64,000 bases of DNA from the NCBI GenBank assembly GCA_026014705.1, contig JAOZHU010000008.1, forward strand, positions 17,833-81,832, in the 5' to 3' direction. This DNA is from Candidatus Bathyarchaeota archaeon (lineage in GTDB: Archaea > Thermoproteota > Bathyarchaeia > Bathyarchaeales > Bathycorpusculaceae). Below are positions 27,718-38,266 of the stretch, piece after piece. Position 1 is the stretch's first letter; each line of letters opens with the position of its first letter. The position numbers and the translations under genes were made by a program. The notes under the pieces were generated by a model. The model was not told the DNA's origin, made no database searches, and was given only the letters and a program-made list of their open reading frames with translations.

Positions 27718-28893
27718 CTATCGTACGTGAATCTCCACTACGTCGCCGTCTTCCAACACGAATCCTAAACCCACTTTCTGCGGGCTAAAAGCTAAGCGCT
27801 TAGACCAAACTTTTGCAAACGCAAAGTCTCGCTCAAAATCAGTGTGGATGCTTTTCGCTAAATCATGCAGCGTTGCGTTCTTCTTCAAAGTAAATGGTTT
27901 CTTTGAAAAGTCTCTGGCGCTGGGTTCCTTAGTGTACACGCGGATTATGCCTAACGCCTTGAACAGGCTGCTGCCGAGTTTTTCTAAACCGAGCTTTTTC
28001 TCGCAAGAGACAGCGACAATTGGAATTTTCCCGTCGACATAAGTCTCTAGCAACCGCAAATTCGCGTCTGCACATGTCAAATCTAGTTTATTCGCCACAA
28101 TCACTGCTGGTCTGTAAGTGGTGCTTTCGAAAATTGCGTCTTCGACGTCATCCAAAGTTACTTCACCTGAAATCTTGACGATTGCATCAGTGATTCGGTA
28201 ACTCCTCAACAGCGCTTCAACTTCTCGCATCGTGCAGTCAACGAGTTTCCCGACCAAAATTATTCGCAGGCTTGCGCCAGCGTATCGTCGGTCAATGTCC
28301 ACGCGTCCTTTAGGCTTGCTAACTAGGACACGTGCCTTCTCCAGCTCGCTTAAAATTAGTTCCAACTGTGCAATAGGGTTTTCAGATAAGTCTACCATCA
28401 AAATTAAGCCATCTGCGTTTCTCGCAACTGCAAGCGTCTGCAATCCCCACGCGCGTCCATCAGCTGAGCCTTCCATCAGCGCAGGTGCTTCAACAATCTG
28501 GAACTGTACATCCTCGAAGTTCATCACTGCAGGCACAGGCTCACGCGTTGCGTAAGGTGCCGTGGAAACCAAAACGTTCGCGTTCGTAACCGCAGATAGG
28601 AGGCAGCTTTTTCCTGCTTTAGTTACGCCGAGCAGTGCTACCTGCGCAGCGCCTTCTTTCTCGATGAAAAATTTCGGTCCCCCCCGCGCCGCGCGTTTTT
28701 GTTTCTTCTCTTCCATCTCTTTGCGCAAAACAGCCATTTTTTTCTTTATCTGCCCGCGAAGCTTCAATGTTCCTTTGTGCTGCGGAACGCAGCTGAGGAA
28801 CTCCTGCATTTTCTGCAGTTTCTCTTTGGGATGGCGGGCTGCTTCAACCTCAGCCCACTTGTCCTTTGCTTCAGGAGGCAAATTCGTTGGCAT
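27718..28893 (-). CDS. DRG/OBG-like GTPase with C-terminal TGS domain
   Basis: 391 aa. G1 is GVTKAGKS. The C-terminal IRVYTKEP...LEDGDVVEI is a TGS pattern. Confidence 0.75.
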   Translation of the reverse strand: MPTNLPPEAKDKWAEVEAARHPKEKLQKMQEFLSCVPQHKGTLKLRGQIKKKMAVLRKEMEEKKQKRAARGGPKFFIEKEGAAQVALLGVTKAGKSCLLSAVTNANVLVSTAPYATREPVPAVMNFEDVQFQIVEAPALMEGSADGRAWGLQTLAVARNADGLILMVDLSENPIAQLELILSELEKARVLVSKPKGRVDIDRRYAGASLRIILVGKLVDCTMREVEALLRSYRITDAIVKISGEVTLDDVEDAIFESTTYRPAVIVANKLDLTCADANLRLLETYVDGKIPIVAVSCEKKLGLEKLGSSLFKALGIIRVYTKEPSARDFSKKPFTLKKNATLHDLAKSIHTDFERDFAFAKVWSKRLAFSPQKVGLGFVLEDGDVVEIHVR

Positions 28894-29527
28894 ACAGCTT
28901 CAACTCTAAATACTCACAAAAACAAGTTTAATATCATTTCTACTTCAGTGGCTTCGCGCGGCACGTTGAAGTAACCCCTTATCGCTAAACAGGCTAACTC
29001 TTATCTTAAATACTCTTGTAGAATGCTTGTTGAGAATTACTTTTCGCTTCATTGATTTTCTTCTATTGTTCTGTTTTAGCTGGCGGATGCTGCGTTGAGT
29101 ACAAAAAATGTGTTGTGCGCATCATATTTATTTTATTAGCTGCGCTTACAATGGTGGCTTAATTCAAATGTTAAAATAATCAAATGCGATTTCACAGATG
29201 GCGCCCTCCACACGACGCGATATTCTGATGGCTAAGCTGAACACAACAAGATTTCAAAGTGAGGAAAGAAACTGCGGTTGTTCTCCAGTAAATTTTAGGC
29301 AACCCAAACAATAAAACGTTAATGGTGCGAAACAGGAGAAAACCTAACGTTTGGCTTTGATGCACCATTTATTTAAAGGAAACATGTTGTTCAGGCGCCA
29401 CAAGCAGTCTGCAAATGTAGAGGATAAACGCGGAAGTTCAATGATAAGCTTAAAATAATTGAAAGGACAGTTGTGTTAACGAATTCACTAAAAAATAGGG
29501 AAAAATAGAAAAAAAGAGGAATGAAAA

Positions 29528-30832
29528 ATGAGCAAAAGTACGAAGCCACACTTAAACCTCGTCATTATGGGGCACGTTGACCACGGAAAATCCACAACCA
29601 CAGGGCACTTGCTGTACAAAGCCGGAGCAATTGATGAAAGAACCATCAAGGCTTTCGAAGAAGAAGCCGAGAAAATGGGCAAAGGCACATTCAAGTACGC
29701 GTGGGTTCTCGACAACCTCAAGGAAGAACGCGAAAGAGGCGTAACCATTGACCTTCGATTCCTAAAGTTCGAGACCAAGAAATTCTTCTACACAGTCATA
29801 GACGCGCCAGGACACAGAGACTTCGTGAAAAACATGATTACCGGCGCAAGCCAAGCTGATGCTGCTGTGCTCTTCTGCTCAGCCAAGAAAGGCGAGTTTG
29901 AAGCAGGCATCGGTCCAGGCGGGCAAACACGAGAACACGCATTTCTAGCCTTCACGTTGGGCGTTCGGCAAGTCATAGTTGCAGTTAACAAGATGGACGA
30001 CATATCAGTTAACTGGAGCAAAGAGCGATACGAAGAAATCAAAAACGAAGTTTCAAGAATGCTCAAAATGGTCGGCTTTAAAGTTGAAAAAATCAACTTT
30101 GTGCCAGTTTCAGGATGGACAGGCGACAACTTGATAACTAAAAGCACTAACATGCCCTGGTACACAGGACCAACTTTGATTGAAGCTTTAGACCTTTTGG
30201 AAGTGCCACCTAAACCAACCAACAAGCCGCTGCGCATTCCAGTCCAAGACATTTACAGCATTACAGGCATTGGCACAGTTCCAGTTGGCAGAGTTGAAAC
30301 AGGCATACTGAAGGAAGGCGCCACCCTAATTTTCATGCCGTCTAACAAGACTGCGGAAGTAAAATCCATCGAGATGCACCACGCGCGCATACCCATAGCG
30401 GAACCAGGCGACAACATCGGCATGAACGTGAGAGGCATAGCTAAGACGGATGTTCACCGCGGAGACGTTGCAGGACCAGTAGACAACCCGCCCACCGTAG
30501 CCAAAGAGTTCATCGGGCAAATAATCGTGATTTACCATCCAACCGCCATTGCTGCTGGCTACACTCCAGTTCTCCATTACCACACGGGGCAGATAGCGTG
30601 CAGGTTCACTGAACTGCTGAAGAAAATTGACCCTCGCTCTGGGCAAGTAACCGAGGAGAAACCCAGCTTTCTGAAGACAGGCGACGCTGCTTGGGTGCGA
30701 ATGGAACCGTTGCATCCTATAGCATTGGAGACGTATCAGGAATTTCCCGAGCTCGGTCGATTTGCTATCCGAGACATGGGCACAACTGTGGCTGCTGGCG
30801 TCGTGAAGGAAATAACCAAGAAGGGACCCTAA
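29528..30832 (+). CDS. tuf: translation elongation factor EF-1 alpha
   Basis: 434 aa with [18 protein letters not shown] and NKMD motifs. SD AGAGGA lies upstream. Confidence 0.97.
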   Translation: MSKSTKPHLNLVIMGHVDHGKSTTTGHLLYKAGAIDERTIKAFEEEAEKMGKGTFKYAWVLDNLKEERERGVTIDLRFLKFETKKFFYTVIDAPGHRDFVKNMITGASQADAAVLFCSAKKGEFEAGIGPGGQTREHAFLAFTLGVRQVIVAVNKMDDISVNWSKERYEEIKNEVSRMLKMVGFKVEKINFVPVSGWTGDNLITKSTNMPWYTGPTLIEALDLLEVPPKPTNKPLRIPVQDIYSITGIGTVPVGRVETGILKEGATLIFMPSNKTAEVKSIEMHHARIPIAEPGDNIGMNVRGIAKTDVHRGDVAGPVDNPPTVAKEFIGQIIVIYHPTAIAAGYTPVLHYHTGQIACRFTELLKKIDPRSGQVTEEKPSFLKTGDAAWVRMEPLHPIALETYQEFPELGRFAIRDMGTTVAAGVVKEITKKGP

Positions 30833-30840
30833 ACTCTCCC

Positions 30841-30850
30841 TTTTTTTGTT
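30841..30850 (+). terminator. oligo-T archaeal terminator after tuf
   Basis: A T7-G-TT run begins 9 nt after the tuf stop codon. Confidence 0.45.
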
Positions 30851-31193
30851 TAAAGCCTCCTCTCTTTTCAAGTCTTCTTTGACTGCTGAAACGTTGCGCA
30901 CAACATTTATTATTTTGTTTAGGCTATTATTACTATTAGCTTGCTTAAGCAGGAGTTGCGTTTTAGTGAATTCTCGTGTTATGAAATCAAAAAAGCCTCT
31001 ACGGGAAGAGGAGTTTCACTCCAGCTTAGAGGTAAAAGTTGACGAGGAACGCTTAAGCGAACTGCTGGAGAAGGCTTCACTGAAGGATGTGCCTCTCGAA
31101 GAAAGACGAAGAGAAGCACAAAAACCGTTATACTTGATACGCTATGAATGACTGCTTCTAAACGCTTCGCAGGACTGGAGTGAACTGCGCAGG

Positions 31194-32660
31194 TTATCCT
31201 CTGAACCTTTTCACAAGAATGTAAATGCTTGCCAAGGCTATTAGTGCGACGATGGCTCCTGCAGCTATTACCAACTCTGTGGAGGCGTTGTTGGTGATTG
31301 TCCAGATTCTCATGTCTGGGTCGCATAGTGTGGCAACATACATGCATCCCACGGTTACTATTCGCATTTTTCCATCACCTGTCAAATTGCCCGTGGCAAC
31401 ATTCCAGGCGCAAACGCCTTCGCCGACTATCCATTCTGTGCTTTGTTTTAGCGTTAGTGTGTTTTCATTCCAGTTCCACACTTTAAGTTCGGCTTTTTCT
31501 TTGTTGGTTTCGTTTGTCCAATGGCCATATTTGGTGGTTACACCGCTGGTGACAATTTCCTTTTTTCCGTCTGCGTCCACGTCGTTAATGGATATCGCCT
31601 TAAGCTCAGTCAGATCCAAGTTTGTCCATTCTCGGCTCGTTTCAAGATTCAAGTTGTTTCCTGTCCAGTTCCATATTCTGAGTTGTCCTTCGATTTTGTC
31701 TCCGTTATAAGTGACGCCTCCTGTGATAATTTCGGCGAAGCCATCGTCGTCAACATCGCTTATTTTGATGTTATATGCCATTGTGTTGCCCATTACATTT
31801 CCCGCGACATCCAGCGCGTAGCCATCTGCCTTGCGCCATTCTGCACTACATCTCAAACTCAGTTCTGCGTCGTTCAACTGCCAAACGCGTAGTTGTCCGC
31901 TGCTGTTTTTTGGGCTGTTGATGTAGCCGCAAGTGGCGATTTCAACTGTGCCATCGTTGTCTAGGTCAGCTGCGTTGACCGAGTTTGCGCGTGCGATGTC
32001 GTTTGGGGCTGTCCATTCAGCTTTAGCCTTGAGTGAAAGGCTGTTTCCGTTCCATTGCCAGACGCTGAGCTGCGCGTTAGGCTGGCTGGTGTTGTAGGCT
32101 CTTCCGACTGTGAGTATCTCTGGCTTGTTGTCGTTGTCGACGTCGGCGACGAAAATTGCGTTTGCATACACTTCGGGGTAGTTTCCTCGAAGAGTTAAGT
32201 TTTGTCCGTTCCAATTCCATATTCGAAGTGAAAAAGCGGTGCTTGTGTTGTTGATTAGTCCGCCCGCGGTTAGTATCTCAGTTTCGCCGTCGCCGTCTGC
32301 GTCTCCAGCGTAGATACAGCCGATGTTGCCTGGCCAGTTTTCGCTTTTTTCAAGAGTGAGGTTTTGTCCGTTCCAGTTCCAGATCCGAAGCGGCGCGCCG
32401 AGGCTTGTTCTGGTTTCGTTTATTATGCTGTAGGCGAGACCGCCTGTGATTATTTCGTCTTGTTCGTCGCCGTCTGCGTCTGCTACGGCAATGTTGTGGG
32501 TGCCTGGTATGCATGTGCCTCCGACGCAGTAGGTGTCCCAGTGTTGTTCTACTTCCATTATGAGCGCGTTTGGCTGGGAATATTCTCGTAGGGCGAGTGA
32601 GAAGACGACAAGTAAGAGAAACGCGAGAAGAAAAGTGGCTATCAGTGATTTGTTTTTCAT
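31194..32660 (-). CDS. FG-GAP/VCBS-type beta-propeller surface protein, C-terminally anchored
   Basis: 488 aa. Six DxDxDG..EI.TxG calcium-loop motifs alternate with LRIWNWNGQNLTL-type strands. Signal peptide present and the C-terminal TM helix ends in KRFRG. Confidence 0.7.
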   Translation of the reverse strand: MKNKSLIATFLLAFLLLVVFSLALREYSQPNALIMEVEQHWDTYCVGGTCIPGTHNIAVADADGDEQDEIITGGLAYSIINETRTSLGAPLRIWNWNGQNLTLEKSENWPGNIGCIYAGDADGDGETEILTAGGLINNTSTAFSLRIWNWNGQNLTLRGNYPEVYANAIFVADVDNDNKPEILTVGRAYNTSQPNAQLSVWQWNGNSLSLKAKAEWTAPNDIARANSVNAADLDNDGTVEIATCGYINSPKNSSGQLRVWQLNDAELSLRCSAEWRKADGYALDVAGNVMGNTMAYNIKISDVDDDGFAEIITGGVTYNGDKIEGQLRIWNWTGNNLNLETSREWTNLDLTELKAISINDVDADGKKEIVTSGVTTKYGHWTNETNKEKAELKVWNWNENTLTLKQSTEWIVGEGVCAWNVATGNLTGDGKMRIVTVGCMYVATLCDPDMRIWTITNNASTELVIAAGAIVALIALASIYILVKRFRG

Positions 32661-32866
32661 TTAGTTGCGTCCTTTGGCAAGGGCTGTTAGTGTATGCTTT
32701 TGTTTAGGATATAGCTGTTTTGGGTTTTCAACTGTTTAGGCTGCCGTTGCGGAGGTTAGTGTGGATGGGTCTGAGTTTGCTTTGGTGCTGTATTCTCGCG
32801 GAGGGTGCTTGGTCAGGTTGGAAACGGAAGTGAAATAAACAGGAGGGTTGCGCTTATTTTAGCGGA

Positions 32867-33586
32867 GTGGAGTTTGTGTCTGGGGCTGAAACGCTTCTGC
32901 CTTACTTGAAGGATAAAAAGAAGGCTGATGTTGAGGAGCCGACTATAATTGTGGATAGTCGTGAGGCGAGCAGTGCGGCGAAGATTGTAAAGGGTCTTGT
33001 TGAGCGCGGCGTTAACGTTAGGACTGAAACTTTGGAAAAAGGCGATTACATTTTGTCTGACCAGTGTGCAGTGGAGAGGAAGACTGTGCAGGATTTTGTG
33101 TATACGCTTACGCGGCGGTATCTTTTTGAGCAGTTGTTCAGGTTGAAGGAGGCTTATCCGAAGTCGCTGATACTTCTGGAGGGTTATTTGCCGATAATTT
33201 ATAAGTTCAGTCACATTCAACCCGTTGCGATTTGGGGTGCAATGTTTAACTTAGCCAAGAACGGTATCGCGCTGGTGAACACGACGTCTTATAAGGAGAC
33301 TATTGACTTTTTGCATGTTGCCGCTAAGCAGGAGCAGATTGTTGAGAAGAGGGCGCCGACGGTTCATGCTTTTAAGAAGATGGACACGCTGGCTGATGCG
33401 CAGGTGTATTTTGTTGCCAGTTTACCCAATATTGGGAGGGAGAAGGCGCTGGCTGTGCTTAAGTCGTATCAGACGCCTTTGAATGCTTTGATTAGTGTGG
33501 ATGATTGGGCGAAGACGGTTCATGGTTTGGGTCCGGTGATTAGCAATAGGGTTAAAGAAGTGTTGAATACGCCTTTCAGAGAATAG
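32867..33586 (+). CDS. xpf: short-form XPF/ERCC4 nuclease with HhH2 domain
   Basis: ERCC4 motif IIVDSRE...GDYILSDQCAVERKTVQDF. C-terminal helix-hairpin-helix LPNIGREKALAVL...VHGLGPVISNRV. Confidence 0.75.
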   Translation: MEFVSGAETLLPYLKDKKKADVEEPTIIVDSREASSAAKIVKGLVERGVNVRTETLEKGDYILSDQCAVERKTVQDFVYTLTRRYLFEQLFRLKEAYPKSLILLEGYLPIIYKFSHIQPVAIWGAMFNLAKNGIALVNTTSYKETIDFLHVAAKQEQIVEKRAPTVHAFKKMDTLADAQVYFVASLPNIGREKALAVLKSYQTPLNALISVDDWAKTVHGLGPVISNRVKEVLNTPFRE

Positions 33587-33729
33587 TTTCGAATGGGTTT
33601 TCCAGCCTTTCAATTTGCATCTGTGAAATTGTACTGCATTTGGTATTTCTATGTGGCGCCTTGAGTTTAGGTAGTCACAAACCATAAAAAACGGTTGGTG
33701 CAATACAATATGTAAAAGGAGCGATAACG

Positions 33730-34260
33730 TTGGACAAGGTACGTTTGATTCTTACCGCGTTTACTATAGCTATTAACGTGTTACCCATCACTGGTGTGTT
33801 GATTATTTATCATGATAACTTGCTGGGTTTGGTGTTTCCAGCAGAGGTAAGCGATATCATCGATGACGGCGTAATCCCTGAAAACCCTCTGGGGAACTTC
33901 ACTTTGGTGGATTCGCAGTATGATGCTGCGGCGCGGACGGTTACGCTTACGTTTGAGGTTACGAATCCTTTGGATTTTGATTTGTCGATCAGTTCGTTCT
34001 CCGCTGATGTCCAATGCGCCGCGCATGGTTTTCCCATGGGGCACGTGACGCTTGCTAACCCGGTTGACATTGGGGCGGGCGCAACTACGAGGGTTGTTAT
34101 TGTTGCGGCTTGGACTGAAGCGGCGGTGAATCATTTTGATACTGCACATGCGGGCTCGGAGAGTATTGATGTTGAGTTGGCTGGTTTCAGTGCGAATGTT
34201 AACGGTGTAACCATTGATAGTGCTGAGCATGTGCGGATTCCCAGTTTCCCGGTGGGTTGA
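33730..34260 (+). CDS. hypothetical N-anchored protein (LEA14/Ig-like beta-sandwich?)
   Basis: 176 aa. One N-terminal TM helix, then a beta-rich domain (TLTFEVTNPLDFDLSISSFSADV). Confidence 0.4.
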   Translation: MDKVRLILTAFTIAINVLPITGVLIIYHDNLLGLVFPAEVSDIIDDGVIPENPLGNFTLVDSQYDAAARTVTLTFEVTNPLDFDLSISSFSADVQCAAHGFPMGHVTLANPVDIGAGATTRVVIVAAWTEAAVNHFDTAHAGSESIDVELAGFSANVNGVTIDSAEHVRIPSFPVG

Positions 34261-34277
34261 GGTAGGAGTGGAAAACG

Positions 34278-34892
34278 GTGCGGTTGAGGTTTAACTGGTT
34301 GGGTCTTGCTGGCGGCATCGCCACAATTGTTATGGTTGCTGTGACGTTGTTTTATCCGTGGTGGCAGCTGAGGGTCGGCGAAGGCTTGTTGACGGCGAAC
34401 GTTTCGCCTTTGAATACTAATTTCAGTGTGTTGGGTACGGCGTTTGCGGTGCCGCTGGTTTGGGCGATAAATTTGACGAGTATGCTTACGTTTCTGATGG
34501 TGGGCGTTGTGATGATTGTTTACTCGGTTTTTCCAGCTAAGTCTTACTCGAAGCAGCTGCTTGATTTTGCTTATAGGAAGCCGCTGTATATGCTGGTGAT
34601 GTTCGTTATTGTGCTTTTTGTGTTTACTTTGGTTGCGCAGGTTGTGGTGCGGTTTGATGTTCCGTTTGTGGGCTCGGTGAACAGTGTTTTGCGGGTGCCT
34701 TTTGTTCAGAACACGACTGCAAGCGTTGTTATTTCTGCGGAGTTTCTGTGGCCTTTTTGGTTGGCTGTTGCCGCGGCGGTGTTGTGTGTTGCTGCGAGAG
34801 TCTATCATAGGCGTTTTGCTGTCGTGCCGAGGCTTGATGTTGCGCCTGTTGTTTCTCAACCTGCTGCGCCTCAGGCTGAGACTGGCGTTTAG
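34278..34892 (+). CDS. hypothetical integral membrane protein
   Basis: 204 aa with about 5 hydrophobic helices. GTG start 18 nt after the upstream gene. Confidence 0.45.
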   Translation: MRLRFNWLGLAGGIATIVMVAVTLFYPWWQLRVGEGLLTANVSPLNTNFSVLGTAFAVPLVWAINLTSMLTFLMVGVVMIVYSVFPAKSYSKQLLDFAYRKPLYMLVMFVIVLFVFTLVAQVVVRFDVPFVGSVNSVLRVPFVQNTTASVVISAEFLWPFWLAVAAAVLCVAARVYHRRFAVVPRLDVAPVVSQPAAPQAETGV

Positions 34893-35012
34893 TGGTTTTT
34901 TTGTGGAGTATAGCTACGGTGCAATGTGGGTTGTTGGATGCTAAGGTTTAAAGCTTAAAAGGCAGTATTTTATTGCCTTCAGCGGTTGAATGCCGAGGAA
35001 GTGCTGTTGCAG

Positions 35013-35087
35013 GGGGCTGTCGGCTAGTTTGGTCTAGGCTTGTAGCCTCGGGCGCTATAGACCCCGGTTCAAATCCGGGCAGCCCCA
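35013..35087 (+). tRNA. tRNA-Pro (anticodon CGG)
   Basis: Acceptor GGGGCUG/CAGCCCC, anticodon stem GUAGC/GCUAU with loop CUCGGGC, T arm CCCGG-UUCAAAU-CCGGG. 75 nt, no encoded CCA. Confidence 0.85.
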
Positions 35088-35333
35088 TTATCGTTTGTTT
35101 TTTGTAAATTGGGTCTTCAGGGTTGCTGTGTGTTGCTGTGAAGTGCTGGGTGTGCTTTTGCATACTTTTTGGTTGCCGCCTTTGTTTTGTTCATTGGCTT
35201 GGATTTTGCTGTTTTCGGGCATTTAGATTTGTTGTAAAAACTGCATTATAGCATTAATTATGAATTGTATTATTGTGAAGTGTATATGTGTTGTACAATA
35301 GCATGCACAGTTTTAAATACATCTTGTTATCAA

Positions 35334-35579
35334 ATGCGGTTTGAGGTGATAAGTGTGATAAGGATTGACCCAGAGAAGCTTTTAGGTCCTGTAGCTGATC
35401 CCGGTCCAGAAATTTGGGGACCATGGATAAAAGAGTTAACGGCAGACCAACGTCGCGTTTTGATTGAGAAAGAAATAGACCAGCGCATCAGCGTGGTGAA
35501 GTTCCAGATGCAGAGCCTGAAAGCAGAACTCGACAAGTTGGAAACCGTGAAATCCATGATGAAAACCAAGGGGAAATAG
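35334..35579 (+). CDS. hypothetical 81-aa protein, probably leaderless
   Basis: TTTTAAATA lies about 20 nt upstream of ATG 35334, with no SD. Coiled-coil C-terminus. Sits directly upstream of the B12-radical SAM gene. Confidence 0.4.
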   Translation: MRFEVISVIRIDPEKLLGPVADPGPEIWGPWIKELTADQRRVLIEKEIDQRISVVKFQMQSLKAELDKLETVKSMMKTKGK

Positions 35580-35621
35580 CCAATAGCCTCAACAAGCGAA
35601 GCGTCCGTTCAAAGATGTGAC

Positions 35622-37166
35622 GTGACTCTAATAGGCTATGACGATGAGGAAAACCTTGGTCTACGCTCAATCGCCGCCTACCTCGACAAGCACAATGTCA
35701 AAGTCAGCATTGAAGCATACAAGAAAAAGGCAAGCGCGCAAACCCTGAAGCATATTCGCGAATCGAAGCCTAGGCTGGTTGGTTTCTCCCTAATTTTTCA
35801 ACCCATGTTCATGGAATTCGCCGCGCTCCTGAAATATCTTCGGCTCAACGGCGTAACCGCCCATTTCACCATGGGCGGTCATTTCCCCACTATACAATGC
35901 GAGAAGACGCTGGAGCTTATTCCTGAACTTGACACGGTGGTACGTCACGAAGGCGAAGTTACCTTGCTAGATCTCTTCAGGAACTTAGATAACGCTGACA
36001 AGTGGATTGAAATTAAAGGCATTGCTTTCAGAAAAAATGGCAAAATCTGCCTTACTTCTCCTCGACCGCTCATCGAAGACCTTGATTCGCTTCCATTCCC
36101 TGTGAGACGTTGTAAAGTGCAGAAGTACCGCGGCGTCTCTGCCTGTTCAATTCTAGCCAGCCGCGGCTGCTACTACAACTGCAGTTTCTGCAGCGTCCGC
36201 CAGTTCTACGGCACGGCGCCAGGCTCAAAGCGGAGGGCTCGTTCTCCTTCCAATGTCGCCGAGGAAATGCAGCAGCTCTTCAAAAAAGGCATGAGAATCT
36301 TCAAGTTTGTAGACGACGACTTGGGCATGAAAACGCAGGTTCAGAAAGACTGGATCAGCAACTTCGCTTCCGAGCTCAGAACGCGGGGAATAGGCGACAA
36401 AATCCTCTGGCGCATATCCAACCGCGTGGACGAATTAGACCTTGAATGCTTGCGGATGCTTGAGGAGGTTGGTCTTGCCTTCGTGTACATGGGCATTGAA
36501 TCAGGAAGCAATCAGGGGCTTAGAATCTGCAACAAGCATTATTCAGTTAAAGACATTTACAACGCGCTGGAAATACTCGCCGAAGCTGCTGTGCGTTTTG
36601 ACTATGGCTTCATGATGCTTACGCCTGGAACCACGTTCGAGTCAATTGAGGAAGACCTTGAATTTCTCAAAAACCTCACGGCGAACGGTCGCGCCATCGT
36701 TCACTTCACGAAGATGCTGCCTTACGCTGGCACAGCTATTGAGCAGCAATTGAAGGACGCGGGGCGGCTTGAAGGCACATTAGACTATCCCACTTACCGC
36801 TATTTGGATCCGCGGCTAAATTTGATGGAGGCATTTTTGGTGAAAACGTTCCATGAAGCAATTTTCGGGGAATCTGCGCTCGTGAACCAACTGCGCATGT
36901 TATTGTTTGATATCGAAGTTATAAAGAAGTTTTATCCAGAAAAATATAGGCTATCCGAGTATGCAGAAGCAGTCAAGAACGCCGTGACGCGCTATAACGA
37001 GTCAGCCATAGAAACAATTGAGATGGCGCTCAAATTCATGCGGCAACACAGTTATGACGATATACTCTACTACTGGGACGCATTGGACTTCTTGACACAG
37101 CAGGAGCTAGCTGCCCAGTCAAAAGTAGACCAGCTGATTAACACGTTGACTCCGAATCCCGCTTGA
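35622..37166 (+). CDS. B12-binding-domain radical SAM protein (class B)
   Basis: 514 aa. N-terminal Rossmann-like B12 domain, then ASRGCYYNCSFCSV (CxxxCxxC). Confidence 0.8.
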   Translation: MTLIGYDDEENLGLRSIAAYLDKHNVKVSIEAYKKKASAQTLKHIRESKPRLVGFSLIFQPMFMEFAALLKYLRLNGVTAHFTMGGHFPTIQCEKTLELIPELDTVVRHEGEVTLLDLFRNLDNADKWIEIKGIAFRKNGKICLTSPRPLIEDLDSLPFPVRRCKVQKYRGVSACSILASRGCYYNCSFCSVRQFYGTAPGSKRRARSPSNVAEEMQQLFKKGMRIFKFVDDDLGMKTQVQKDWISNFASELRTRGIGDKILWRISNRVDELDLECLRMLEEVGLAFVYMGIESGSNQGLRICNKHYSVKDIYNALEILAEAAVRFDYGFMMLTPGTTFESIEEDLEFLKNLTANGRAIVHFTKMLPYAGTAIEQQLKDAGRLEGTLDYPTYRYLDPRLNLMEAFLVKTFHEAIFGESALVNQLRMLLFDIEVIKKFYPEKYRLSEYAEAVKNAVTRYNESAIETIEMALKFMRQHSYDDILYYWDALDFLTQQELAAQSKVDQLINTLTPNPA

Positions 37167-37225
37167 AAACGCGTGTAAACAGAACATCTAAATAGAAAAT
37201 CCCCACAATACTTTTCGAGTGAGCC

Positions 37226-38209
37226 ATGAGAAAAATCGTTATCCTCACTGCCGCGTTGATTATCGCCTTGATATTTTTTTCCGCAGCGTTGGCTGTGATT
37301 TTTAATCCTACCCAAGCGAGATTTCAAACAATCTGCATTAGACCAGACGGCTCGATAGACCCGCCAACAGTACCAGTCAAGCGCGACGGAAACACGTACT
37401 ACCTAACAAGCGATATTTACTCCTCGCCCAATGTGCAGTCGGCTTTCGTAGTGGAAAAAGACAACATAGTAATCGACGGTGCAGGCTACACTCTCCACGG
37501 CACCTACAATGGAACCAAAGACGTTGACTGGACAGTAGGCCAGGGACCGTACAACGGCACAGGCGCCCCACCGTGGACTGTGGGCATAGACATAGCCGAC
37601 ATAAGCTTGGGAAACTTGACCATCAGGAATTTGACGGTTAAAAACTTCAGCATCGGCATGTTCATCTGGACCTCAAACAATACAATAGTAGACAACATCG
37701 TAGTTGACAACATCGTCGGCATAATGGTATCCGAATCCTCCAACAGCTTCATCGGAAATTACATAGCGAACAATGATGAAGGCCTTTTCTTGGCTGTAAA
37801 CAGCGCTGGTTGCTTCGCTGAGAACATGACCAGTTACCACAACAGCTTCGTAAACAACACTAAACAGGTTAACGGCTGCCAATGCACTGACAGTGTTGAG
37901 AACTGCACAACGTACTCCACGAACATTTGGGACAACGGCAGCGAAGGCAACTACTGGAGCGACTATGAAGGAACCGATGAGGACGGAGACGGCATAGGTG
38001 ACGAGCCTTACGTAATTGACCTTAAGAACCAAGACCGTTACCCACTCATGGAATGCCCAGTAATTTCTCCCGCTGCAAACGCTGAAACGCACGGCGCTTT
38101 TTCTCTGGCAGCAATAGTCTCAACAGCTGTTGCTATCGCCGGTTTACTGCTTTATTTCAGGAAACACAATAACCATCGAATGATAGCTTTTCAGCGGGAC
38201 TCGCATTGA
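37226..38209 (+). CDS. right-handed parallel beta-helix (NosD-like) surface protein, C-terminally anchored
   Basis: 327 aa. Repeated N-x-I/V-x-x-N beta-helix rungs (NLTIRNLTVKN, NNTIVDNIVVDN) and a GIGDEPYVI motif. TM helix near the C-terminus. Confidence 0.6.
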   Translation: MRKIVILTAALIIALIFFSAALAVIFNPTQARFQTICIRPDGSIDPPTVPVKRDGNTYYLTSDIYSSPNVQSAFVVEKDNIVIDGAGYTLHGTYNGTKDVDWTVGQGPYNGTGAPPWTVGIDIADISLGNLTIRNLTVKNFSIGMFIWTSNNTIVDNIVVDNIVGIMVSESSNSFIGNYIANNDEGLFLAVNSAGCFAENMTSYHNSFVNNTKQVNGCQCTDSVENCTTYSTNIWDNGSEGNYWSDYEGTDEDGDGIGDEPYVIDLKNQDRYPLMECPVISPAANAETHGAFSLAAIVSTAVAIAGLLLYFRKHNNHRMIAFQRDSH

Positions 38210-38266
38210 GTGAATTTTACAAAACTTATATGAGCACCAGAGAACAAATAACTGCTGAGCGCAGCT

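Noticed and set aside
28894-29527. 630-bp AT-rich spacer considered as a replication origin
   Set aside because: No repeated ORB-like boxes or inverted repeats were seen by eye, and no orc1/cdc6 gene is adjacent. It is more simply the tuf promoter and leader region.
34131-34859. 242-aa minus-strand ORF rich in R/N/H/K/Q
   Set aside because: It is the mirror-image artefact of the GT-rich top strand (AC-rich minus strand, few stops). It overlaps two plausible plus-strand membrane-protein genes.
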